DNA from: Neocallimastix sp. 'constans'
Taxonomy: Eukaryota
Reading direction: 5' to 3'
Length of the DNA: 64,000 nucleotides
Assembly: GCA_050613775.1 (NCBI GenBank)
Contig: JBODTK010000014.1
Coordinates: 1,240,001-1,304,000, forward strand
Shown here in pieces: positions 23,409 through 34,045 of this stretch (positions are counted from its first letter, which is position 1; each line of letters starts with the position of its first letter). The position numbers were made by a program, and so were the translations under genes. A model generated the notes under the pieces. It ran no database searches. It was given only the letters and a program-made list of their open reading frames with translations, and was not told the DNA's origin.

Positions 23409-24197
23409 TGGTATGGTTCATATAGTTTTAGGAATATAATAATAATTAACACAAATAATAAAATTACAATAAAAAAAAAATAATTTGTTTTAAAATCAAT
23501 ATTTATTTATTTAAATTTATAAAAGAAAAATAATAATATAATTATTTATTTAATAAAAAGAAAGTTATTGATTATATTTTATTTCACTAAAATTACATGT
23601 ATTTATATTTTTTTATCAAATTAAAATTTGTAAAGCCTAACTATTTTTTTAATAAACTAATTACTAATTATTTTTATAAATAAAACATTTAAATTGAAAT
23701 TGAATTATTATTTTAGTTAATAATATTATTGTTATAAATAGTAGTTATATATTATTGAATTATTAATTATTTAATAATAGTTTAATACTAATATATATAA
23801 AATAAAAATAAAGAGATTATACAGAATATTTTATTGTGGTTTAGTTAAATTTAGTAATTAAAAATAAATTTAGATTGATAACGAAAATTTTAATAACTAA
23901 TTAAATAGATTTGATTATTTTCAATATAACATAATACAAAAGAAATATAATATTAATATATTAAGTGGGCAAGGACAATATTCTTGGCTAAAGATTTTTA
24001 ATACATTATAATGGAATCGGATCGATAATTCAAAAAGGAATTATAAGTTAATTAGTGATTTATTAACTTAAGATTTCTATTTAGTAATATTTGAAGAATA
24101 TTGGAAAGTTCCAATTATATAGAATAGAATAATCTATAAGGTTAGAATAATTTATATTATTCTAGCACAATTAGTATTATTTGTTCATTCTGTATTA
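23409..24197 (-). mobile_element. Solo LTR of the element-1 family
   Basis: Near-identical to 9699-10486 and 3590-4260; GAAC on both sides. Confidence 0.93.
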
Positions 24198-24201
24198 GAA
24201 C

Positions 24202-25396
24202 TGATACGGGCTGGGGTTGAAACACTAAGATATTCAAAACAAAAAAAAATAAATATTAACACATAACTATAAAAATAAATTTGGAAACAAGAAAAAAAAT
24301 TAAATTTTAAAATATTCTTTATTTAAATTTAAAAATTAAAATTATTTGTTCCCCGTATTAAAAAGAAAGAAATTTATTCTTCTTTTTATACTTTTATTTT
24401 TATACATTTTATTTATTATTAATATATTCTTTATAAAAAACTATTATAACTATTTTATTTTAATTTTTAACTATTATTTTAAATTATTTTTTAAAAAAAA
24501 AATAACATTTATTAAATTAAAATATAAAAAATTAATTTGGAGCTTGTATCACGAAGGGCATTCCGGGCGGTAGCTTCTTCTTGATATTGTTATTCAGAGA
24601 GAGAATTATACAGAATTGATATTTTCTGTATTTTAGATTATTTTTATTATTGGAATTCTTCTGTATTTTAGTTCATTTTTATTTTAATAAAGATTTAATT
24701 TATTTTTAATTTTTGTTTTATTTTTAGTTTATTTCAAAGGTTTTAGAAAATATTATACAGAAACTTATAATTCTGTATTTTATATCAAATATTTATTGAA
24801 ATAGGTTTTTATTATTCTTAATATAAAAATAAGAATTAGTAATGATTTAAATATTATATAATTTTTAATAAGAATATTTAGTAATAATTTTTATTATATT
24901 TAATATTAATAAAATATTTAATAATTATTTTTATTATATTTAATATTAATAAAAGAATTTTATAAGAATATTTAATAATAATTTTTATTATATTTAATAT
25001 TAATAAAATATTTAATAATTATTTTTATTATATTTAATATTAATAAAAGAATTTTATAAGAATATTTAATAATAATTTTTATTAGATTTGATATTAATAA
25101 AAGAATTTTATAAGAATATTTAATAATAATTTTTATTAGATTTGATATTAATAAAAGAATTTTATAAGAATATTTAATAATAATTTTTATTATAAAAGAT
25201 TTTAATAAGAATATTTAATAATAATTTTTATTATATTTAATATTAATAAAAGATTTTTATTAGAATATTTAATAATTTTTATTATATTTGATATTAATAA
25301 AAGATTTTAATAAGAATATTTAATAATAATTTTTATTTTATTATTATTAAGAGTATTTAATAGGAAATACAAGGTATTTAGTGACACCCCGTATCA
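24202..25396. mobile_element. Second copy of the 22002 family, with fewer internal repeats
   Basis: Same termini and body as 22002-23404; GAAC on both sides. Confidence 0.85.
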
Positions 25397-25400
25397 GAAC

Positions 25401-26245
25401 TGGTACAAGATCTGAAGATTTTATTAATAAAATAATATATTCTAATAATAAGGAAAAATTTAAAATATTATTCTCTAATTCTAAACCTAAATTAATTAAT
25501 AAACTACTCTAATTTTAGTCTAAACTATCCTAATCTAAAAGAATCTAAACTAAGTTAAAATAACTTAAACTAATATCTTAATCTAAACTATTCTAATCTA
25601 AACTAAACAATTTCTCTAAATCTATTACTATTTCTATAAAATGTTTAATACAACTAATCTATTACTAAACTAATTTTATACTATACTTATCTTAATATTA
25701 TACACTAAACACAAAATCTATTAATTAAACACTTTTAAAACATTAAATTTAGAAAAACTATTTAATAAATTTTAATTTATTTTAAACTATTTAATTTATT
25801 ATTTAACTTTTAGAAAATATTAAAAAAATAATATAATAATAAAGTCGTAAGAAAAAAAGGGAGAGAACAAAAGTATTGTGTTACTTTGTTCTTTTTTATA
25901 CTAATAAAATATTTATTTGATTGGATTAAAAATAAAAATAAAAAAAATTAATAATAAAAATTTAATAATAAAAATTTAATAATAAAAATATAATAATAAA
26001 AATATAATAAACTTAAATTTTCTAAATTATTAAAATATTATATAAAAATTTTACAATATTAAATAATATAATTAATACATGATTTTTTAATACATCTAAT
26101 TATTTTTATTTAACTTTATAATATTCTATAACTAATATTTTAATATTCAAATTTTTATTATTTATTTATAATTGTTAATGATATTTTTTACTTTAATATT
26201 TTCTTTAAATAGTTTAATTTTTCTTTATTTAATTGTACCGTAACA
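25401..26245. mobile_element. Solo LTR-like unit, tRNA-proximal in array 2
   Basis: TGGTAC...GTAACA termini; GAAC at 25397-25400 and 26246-26249. Confidence 0.75.
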
Positions 26246-26259
26246 GAACCACAACAAAT

Positions 26260-26332
26260 ATCCAAATAGTGTAGTGGTTATCACGTTTGCTTTACACGCA
26301 AAAGGTCTCCGGTTCGAACCCGGGTTTGGGTA
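26260..26332 (+). tRNA. tRNA-Val (anticodon TAC), second copy
   Basis: Identical to 11522-11594 except A71G, giving a U2:G71 wobble pair. Confidence 0.93.
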
Positions 26333-27182
26333 TGATGTTTATTTTTATTTGTATTTTAAGTATATATAATTTTTTTGTTTCTTCTCTTAATGAATATCTT
26401 TTTTTTTCTTCTTCTTTTAGTGAATATATATATATTTTTTAAAAGTAATAACATAAATTTAAATAAAGACAATATTGAATATTAAATGTACTCTTAATTC
26501 TTTATCATTAATAAATATTATAAATGCTAATGACTTCTTTTTTTCAATTAATTTATTAGAACTGATGCTTAAATTATATTATAAGCTAATTAATATCATG
26601 ATATATTTATCATGATATTAATTAGCTTATAATATTTAATGGAATGTCAATAATTCAATATTATTAATAATGTAATGATATTTTGCTTAATATTATTAAA
26701 GGGAATTAATTATTAATAATTTTAAGCAAAAATTTTGTTGACCCAATAGGTCGACACTATAAATATATAAGTAATATATGAATGAAGAAACATTTGTTTT
26801 TTAAAAATATTTATATTATTAATAAAAATTTATTGAAATATTAATTAACCATAACTAAGGTATCACTACTCTATTGATTTTTTAAAAAAATAAAAACACA
26901 AAGAAAAAATATTTTGTTGAAGAAATCACACATATTTATACTATTACAGGAAAAATAGTTTCTTGAATGAAAAAAGTATAAAAAGTTCTTAGAATAAGAT
27001 TTTAATTGATAAAAATGAATCATATGATAAAAGTAATAATAGAATTAATAAAATTAAGATTTTCTAATAATTTCTAATTAAATAAATTAACTGAGAAAAT
27101 CCATGAAATTCTATAATTTTTTTCTTTAAAAAATTATAGAAAATATTATTATTAAATATTTAAAATAATAATTTTGTAAAAT

Positions 27183-27254
27183 GAGTCGAAGTCGGAGTCA
27201 AACCCATGCAGTATTGATTATGGTCAATATAACTAACCACTAAACCTTGGTTCT
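27183..27254 (-). pseudogene. Degenerate tRNA-like sequence (possibly Met, CAT)
   Basis: Minus strand has A-box-like GGTTTAGTGGTT, stem ATTGA-CCATAA-TCAAT and B-box-like GGGTTTGACTCC; acceptor stem is poor. Confidence 0.35.
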
Positions 27255-27339
27255 AATTTCTGAAATTCTTAGACTAGTTACGAGTGGGATGGATTATTAA
27301 AACTATAGTAATAGTGTTTTTTATTGAAAAAATTTGCCA

Positions 27340-28030
27340 TGATTCTCCCTCTGCGGGACACTTCGTATTAAGAAAGCTACTTCTCTTGTAATTCTACACT
27401 TTGGTGGCCTTTCTTTCTTCGGATAATAAAGACCATGTCAGATCCTATGACACATGTGGCCATGCTAAAGGTTCTCGTCATAAAAATTAAGGATTTCTCT
27501 ACTCTCTTGAAATAGCTGAACGTCCCTGGTCTTCTCTTTCTATAGATTTTATTACGAAATCAATTGAAAAACAAGAAAAATTCCCAACAAGCATAGAATT
27601 AAAGTTCCAGATTTTAAAGTCAACGATAAAATTTGGATTAATAATTCACTTATAACAAGAATGGAAACAAACAAACAAAAAAAAATTAAAGCCAAAGAAA
27701 CTTGGTCCATACAAAATTGTAAAGAAGATCTCATTGGTTTCATTCAAACTCAAACTTACTAAAGGAAATTCATATTCACCCGGGTTATTCAAGTGTCTGA
27801 ATTGGAACCCTTCTCTGAGGTCAAATTTAAAAGAAAACAACCTCCACCTCCACCAGTTATTGTCAACAATGAAGAAGAATTTGAAGTAGATGAAATATTA
27901 GAACGAAGCATTACAGAAAGGTTTAATTCTTAATTAAATGGAAAGGATATCCACCTTCAGAAGCATCATGGGAATCAGAAACAAATTTAAATTTGGCAGA
28001 ATTACTTAAAAAATTCAATAATAATGAATA
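27340..28030 (+). mobile_element. Chromovirus (Ty3/gypsy) integrase-chromodomain relic
   Basis: Frameshifted peptides: HFWWP, RPWSSLSIDFIT, LGPYKIVKKIS, NEEEFEVDEIL, LIKWKGYPPSEASWE. Confidence 0.8.
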
Positions 28031-28559
28031 ATAACTAAATTTTATTTATATTTAAAAAAATTAACAAAGTTAACATGTATCTAGATTTTAAATATATAAT
28101 TAAAAAAATTTTTATATAAATTTAAATAATATAGTTTTGCTATATAGTTATATAGAGTATTAAAAAAGTTTTTATTATTCATAAAATAAATATTCATCTG
28201 GTATACGAATCCTTGGTGGAGGATCATATAACAAATTTAATAAATTAGAAAGTTACAGAACTTATTCGAGAATAAGTTCGAATAATTTAAAATATTATAT
28301 ATTTTATTTTTTTTATCATGGAATTTATTTTATAATAAATTTAATTGATTTAAAGAATTTTAAAATAAAAAAATTTATTTTCCATTTTTTGACTTTAATA
28401 CATTTGTTTATTAAAATGAATAAATACGAGTGATTTGAATCAATAATTTTATTCAGTGTGTTTTTATTAACTATTATATTATAATATTATAGTTAATAAA
28501 TAAAAATTATTAAATAAATCCAATAATTTGTTTTTGTCCTACTGGGAATAAAAAATTTC

Positions 28560-29175
28560 ATGTATTAATTAATAATTTATAATATAAAATTTAGTATACA
28601 AAATCATGATAACTGTTATAATTTAATACATCTTGTGGAATTTAGTTATAATAAGGCAATTCAAGATTCAATAAAACTTTCTCCTTTTTATGCAAGTTAG
28701 GGTTTTAATCCATAATATTTCCCGGAAATTCCAAACAATATTGATGTTTCTTGAACTGACAAATTTACTTAAGAATTTTGATAAGCTAGCAAAAATACTT
28801 ATAGAAAATTTTACAACAAATCATAAAGATGAAAAAAAGTATTCATGATAAACATATAATTGAAGCCCCTAATTTCAAATTAGGTGATAAAGTATGGATT
28901 AACATTTCACTTATTGTTTTAGAAAACTTGGGCCATACAAAATTATTAAGAAATTTTCAGTAGTATCCTATAAATTAGAATTACCAAAGAGTCTTTGGAT
29001 ATATCCAATTATTCATGTTTCGGAATTTGAACTATATATGGAATATCATGTTGAAAGAAAACAAGAACCACCTTCACCAATAATTGAAAAACGAAGAAGA
29101 AGAATGCGAAGTTGAAAAATTATTAGATAAAAGAAAACATTTCTGCTTCCTAATAGAAGCAGAAACTAATTTAAT
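28560..29175 (+). mobile_element. Second chromovirus integrase C-terminus/chromodomain relic
   Basis: Peptides EFSYN...LSPFYA, PNFKLGDKVWIN, KLGPYKIIK, YPIIHVSE and EEECEVEK, with stops and frameshifts. Confidence 0.7.
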
Positions 29176-29714
29176 TCTTCAGTTGTACGCTCAACGCTGT
29201 TTGGATCTTCAAATACCTAACTTAGGAAAATTCATATGTATACCAAAATACTAAGGTTTCTGTACATAGTTGGTAATTGTAATATGATTTTAATAGTTGT
29301 ATTAGGTTTTGTTAATTTTCCTTGTTTTGATGAAGTTTATTTGTTACTCTAAAGTTATAAATTTATTAACTTAATAATAATTGTAATTATATAATCAAAA
29401 ATTTTTTTTACTTTCATCTTCAAGTGTTTTTAGTTACTATTTAAATTAAAAAATATTTTTGTGTAATTATTTTTTTTAAGATAAACAAACGAGTAAATAG
29501 ATTGAAAAAATAGTGAACACACTAATTAATTAATCAATTTCTATTTATTTTAGTGTCTAGGATGGGAGTAAGGGTATGTATAGTAAATTGTAGTATACAC
29601 TAAAAGGAAACGTCTAACTAGAGAAACAGATTACTCAAAGAGAAAAAATAAAATTTTAATTAAATAAATTTAGAAAAAATTAATTTCATAAAAATTAAAA
29701 ATTTTTGTATAAAA

Positions 29715-30965
29715 TGAGTTCTATAAATTTAAAGACTTAAAAAAGAACTCAAAGGTATTGAAATAATATCCAAAGACAATTTGAATATTAAGACTTGGAT
29801 GTCTTATTTATAGCTATGGATATAGCTCAAAAATATTGAAGACACTATGATTATATTTTGTGCTTGTGTCTTGACTTCGATAGAAGAAACCAAGAAAATC
29901 ATCCAAGAATTAGTGGATGATAAAAAATGGAAAAATAAAATTGATGTTGAAAGGGATGATGAGGAAAATGGTGATGATGATGAAGAAGAAGAAGATAATG
30001 ATGGTGGAGTAAGAAACACTTTTCTTGTAAAAGTTTATCTTTTCATTAGTTGAATAAAAAAAGTCTTAGAAGGCTTTTATGGGATGAGAGAAGACCAAAA
30101 CAAGTTCCAAGAATTAAGAGGAATAAAAAAGTAAAGGATATTAGTGTTAGATATAAATTTTTATATTTAAAATGATGTAAAAAGAAAAGATATCAAATAT
30201 GTGTCTTAGATTATGTGGACTCCATTAAAAACAAGGTTGAAGCAACATATAGCTATATTTGATGACATTCCTCAATCAGAAGTTTATTATATTGCTAAAA
30301 AAGAAGATAGATTAAATTACATGGGTAATAATCAATGAAGACACTCATCTACCCTTTCACTTCATGTGAGTTCATCTTCTCTTAATACTTGCAATAAAAA
30401 ATAATTTAATTACAAAGGTTACAATTTTAATTACAAAAGATACATTTAAATGTAATGAAGATAATAATATAAGGAAATATAAAGAAAAATGAAAAATTTA
30501 GCAATAAAAATTTTTTATTTTTGTATAGAACCTGGTTATAATCAAAACTAATATCCAAAATTGAAGGCAGTTGTTGATAAAAATAAAAATAAAATAAGAA
30601 ATTATAAACATTTTATAAACATTTAAACTGAATCAAGGGATAAGAAACTCTCCCATAGTTAATACAGTAACTTCAATTAAGCTTCAAAAAGATAGTAAAG
30701 AATCTCGTCTTTCTAATTCCTTAATGTTGAAGAATCTCTTACTAATGAAATTTGAATAATGAAAATGAAAATGAAAATAACTATTTAATAGGAGCAACAA
30801 AACATAAAATTAATAATTTTGAGAAAGGCAATGAAGAGAAACGAGTTCATAAATCACTAAGGAATGATCATAAATTTACAATTACTTTTGCATTATAAAA
30901 GAAGAAAGAACAAGAATTAGAGAAAAATAATATTAGTAATTGTGACAAGTTGGTTACACAACAAT
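29715..30965 (+). mobile_element. Degenerate gag/pol-start relic related to element 1
   Basis: IIFCACVLTSIEETKKIIQEL versus TIFTACILTASGEPREIIQEL; KRVHKSLRND versus KRVHRSLRDD; retains TTTAAAC (30622-30628) and a GGGA..TCCC stem. Confidence 0.8.
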
Positions 30966-30967
30966 AC

Positions 30968-31394
30968 TGATAAATAATAACTATAATTATGTTTATTTAT
31001 TAAAATTAATATATATTTATATATATAAAATATTTTTTAATTTTATTATAAAAATTTATGATATAAAAAATAATAGATTATTTTATTAGTATTATATATA
31101 AATTATTAATAATTCTTAATATTTTATTATTATTTCTAAAGAATATTTTATTATAAAATTATAATTATTATTTTATTATTATTACTAATTAGATATCGTT
31201 GTTACACCAATTTTAGAATATAAAAATAATAATTTTAAAAAATATTTTTATCTCTCTCTTTTGAATAAATAAAATTTTTAATAATATTAAATGAAGGAAT
31301 AATTAAAATAAATATTATATACTTATAGAGTATAATCAAATTTTTTATATAAAATTTAATAATAAATAAATCTATTTATAACCAAGATTTATTA
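30968..31394. mobile_element. Probable solo LTR
   Basis: TGATAAAT...ATTTATTA termini; followed by the GTGT spacer; truncates the pol relic. Confidence 0.4.
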
Positions 31395-31398
31395 GTGT

Positions 31399-32318
31399 TG
31401 TTAAGGAATGAACAAATAATGTTATTTTTATTATTTTTCATAAAAATAACTTAACCACTAAAATTAAATTATTTATTTCCTTACTTGGAGAAATTTCTTA
31501 TGTTCTATTACTGCCAAATTATTACTAATATTAAATTTATTATTATTAATATAAATTCTTTATTAATATCAATACTTTATTATTAAAAAATAATACTATA
31601 TTATTAATATCAATATTATTATCAATATCTAGTTTTATTAATATGATTTATTCTATCAATATTTTATTATTAAAGAAAATTTTATTTTACAAGTATTACT
31701 AATATAGATTATTTATTATTAATAAAATTAATATAATTAATAATGATTTAAAAATATTTTACTTAAATCCATGATCCTTGTCATTAAAATTAGTAATACT
31801 TCCTTCCAAAATACACCCTATTTATAATAAGATTAATAATAGATAATAATCTAAAATACTTTTATTTAAAAATAGTATAAAATTAAATAATACTCTATTA
31901 CTAATAGTTCTGTAAAAGTAATAAAATTATTTTTAAAATATATTATCACTACAATTAATAATAAATAGTTTAGAATTTAATAATATATAATAATTATTTA
32001 TTATAATAGAATAGATTATGAATTTATAATTTAAATACAATTCAAACTAAAATTCTAATATATTCTAAAGAAATGGCTTGACCATTTCTATCGATAAAAA
32101 AAAAATATAAATAGATGAGAAAATTGTATTTTGAAAAAAAGAAATAAGCTTAAAGATATAATCTTATTAAAAAAATTAAATTATCTTTAGTTTTAATTGA
32201 ATAATTTTTATTAAATAAATAAATAAAATATTTTAAAAAGATATATTTTAATTTTTAATTTTTTTTTATTTTAGTATTTACTTCTATATTTATTATTAAT
32301 CTGTCCCGAACCTCAACA
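31399..32318 (+). mobile_element. Solo LTR with GTGT TSD, inverted relative to the GAAC-array LTRs
   Basis: TGTT...AACA termini; GTGT at 31395-31398 and 32319-32322; begins GAATGAACAAATAAT, the reverse complement of the family end motif. Confidence 0.8.
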
Positions 32319-32322
32319 GTGT

Positions 32323-33526
32323 TGATACGAGGTGTCACTAAATACCTTGTATTTCCTATTAATTTCTTTTATTAATATTAAATATAATAAAAATTATTAT
32401 TAAATCTTATTATTAAAATCTTTTATTAATATTATATAATAAATATTATTATTAAATCTTATTATTAAAATCTTTTATTAATATTATATAATAAAAATTA
32501 TTATTAAATCTTATTATTAAAATATTTTATTAATATTAAATATAATAAAAATTATTATTAAATATTCTTATAAAATCTTTTATTAATATCAAATATAATA
32601 AAAATTATTATTATATATTCTAATAAAAATCTTTTATTAATATTAAATATAATAAAAATTATTACTAAATATTCTTATTAAAAATTATATATAATTTAAA
32701 TCATTACTAATTCTTATTTTTATATTAAGTATAATAAAAACCTATTTCAATAAATATTTGATATAAAATACAAAATTATAAGTTTCTGTATAATATTTTC
32801 TAAACCTTTGAAATAAACTAAAAATAAAACAAAAATCAAAAATAAATTAAATCTTTATTAAAATAAAAATGAACTAAAATACAGAAAATATCAACTCTGT
32901 ATAATTCTTTAATACTTTATAACCTTTTCTTTACTGAATTATATTTTATCTTTCAAAAATTTTAAAATAAAGTATTTTATTATACAATTTTGAATTATTA
33001 TTACTACAGTTTGTTATAATAATAATTCTTAATTTCTCAATGAGAACTCAAAAGTTTCTATTTATACTTTTAAATTTTAATAAATTTGTTTCTAATCTTA
33101 GCAAACCAATTGTTTACGAAAAGATTAGAAGAAAACCCTAAACAAGGATTCGAACGATAATCTATATATATCGGTCATCGAATATTTTAAGTAAAACCGA
33201 TTGGTAAAATCGGGAAAAACCTTAAAATACCGATTGTCTAATATTAAATACAATAGAAATAGATAAAATAAAAGAAAATATAATAAAAATGATTAAAAAT
33301 GAATTATTTAAATATTATTGGTTGCTAATTAAATAAAAATAACGAATTCATAAAAATAAAATCAATCTTTTACAAAAATTATTAAAACAGGATTAATTTT
33401 AAATTAATATTAATAGAATGACAATATCATATGTTAAAATTAAATTAATAAATAAATAAATTACTATATAATCAATGGATGTAATAATTTTTATTAAATA
33501 AATTCTTATAATTATATTATGTAACA
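32323..33526. mobile_element. Chimeric LTR: inverted 22002 family (to ~32908) fused to an inverted 12490-like family
   Basis: Starts TGATACGAGGTGTCACTAAATACCTTG (reverse complement of the 23404 end); 33021-33245 resembles the reverse complement of ~12950-13195; ends GTAACA. Confidence 0.7.
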
Positions 33527-33536
33527 GATCACAGAA

Positions 33537-33608
33537 ATAAATAATATTTTAGTGTTTAATACTTATAATTTATAGCTAAGTTCGCGAGTTCGAATCCGAA
33601 CATTTACC
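33537..33608 (+). pseudogene. Decayed tRNA-like sequence
   Basis: Intact B-box GAGTTCGAATCC, A-box-like TTTAGTGTTTA, residual acceptor ATAAATA/CATTTAC and a downstream T-run. Confidence 0.4.
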
Positions 33609-34045
33609 TTAAAAATTTTTATTATTTTTATTTATTTAATATTATTAAAATATTTTAGTTTATAATTATTTGATTGGTTTAAATTATAAAAATTTAATTC
33701 ATAAAAATTTAATTAATTTATTTAATTTTATCTTGCAAATCAGCGGTGCTCATGTTAAAGTCTCTAAGAAGAATAGATAGATGATTAAATGATTAGTGTG
33801 ATTCTGAAGCAATGTGAAAATTTCAGAGAATGCATATCGGACTTGTAATGAGTGTTTTTTAGTGGAAATATAGACATTACCTACAGAACACAATAGATTC
33901 ATTATAATGATAATATGTAGAAACTATATGATATTATTAATTATACAACCCCAATGTTACTACATATCCACCAAGAAAGAAGTTATATATTATGTACAGC
34001 GTCTCATATATATTTACACACACTCATTATTCAGAAAATTACTTA

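Noticed and set aside
11656..26249. True CRISPR array
   Set aside because: The repeats are 4-5 bp TSDs, the spacers are LTR elements, there are no cas genes and the DNA is eukaryotic; the resemblance is only architectural.
33730..34040. Possible C/D snoRNA (ATGATTA...CTGA) or coding relic
   Set aside because: Short motifs expected by chance in AT-rich DNA; no terminal stem or identifiable guide.
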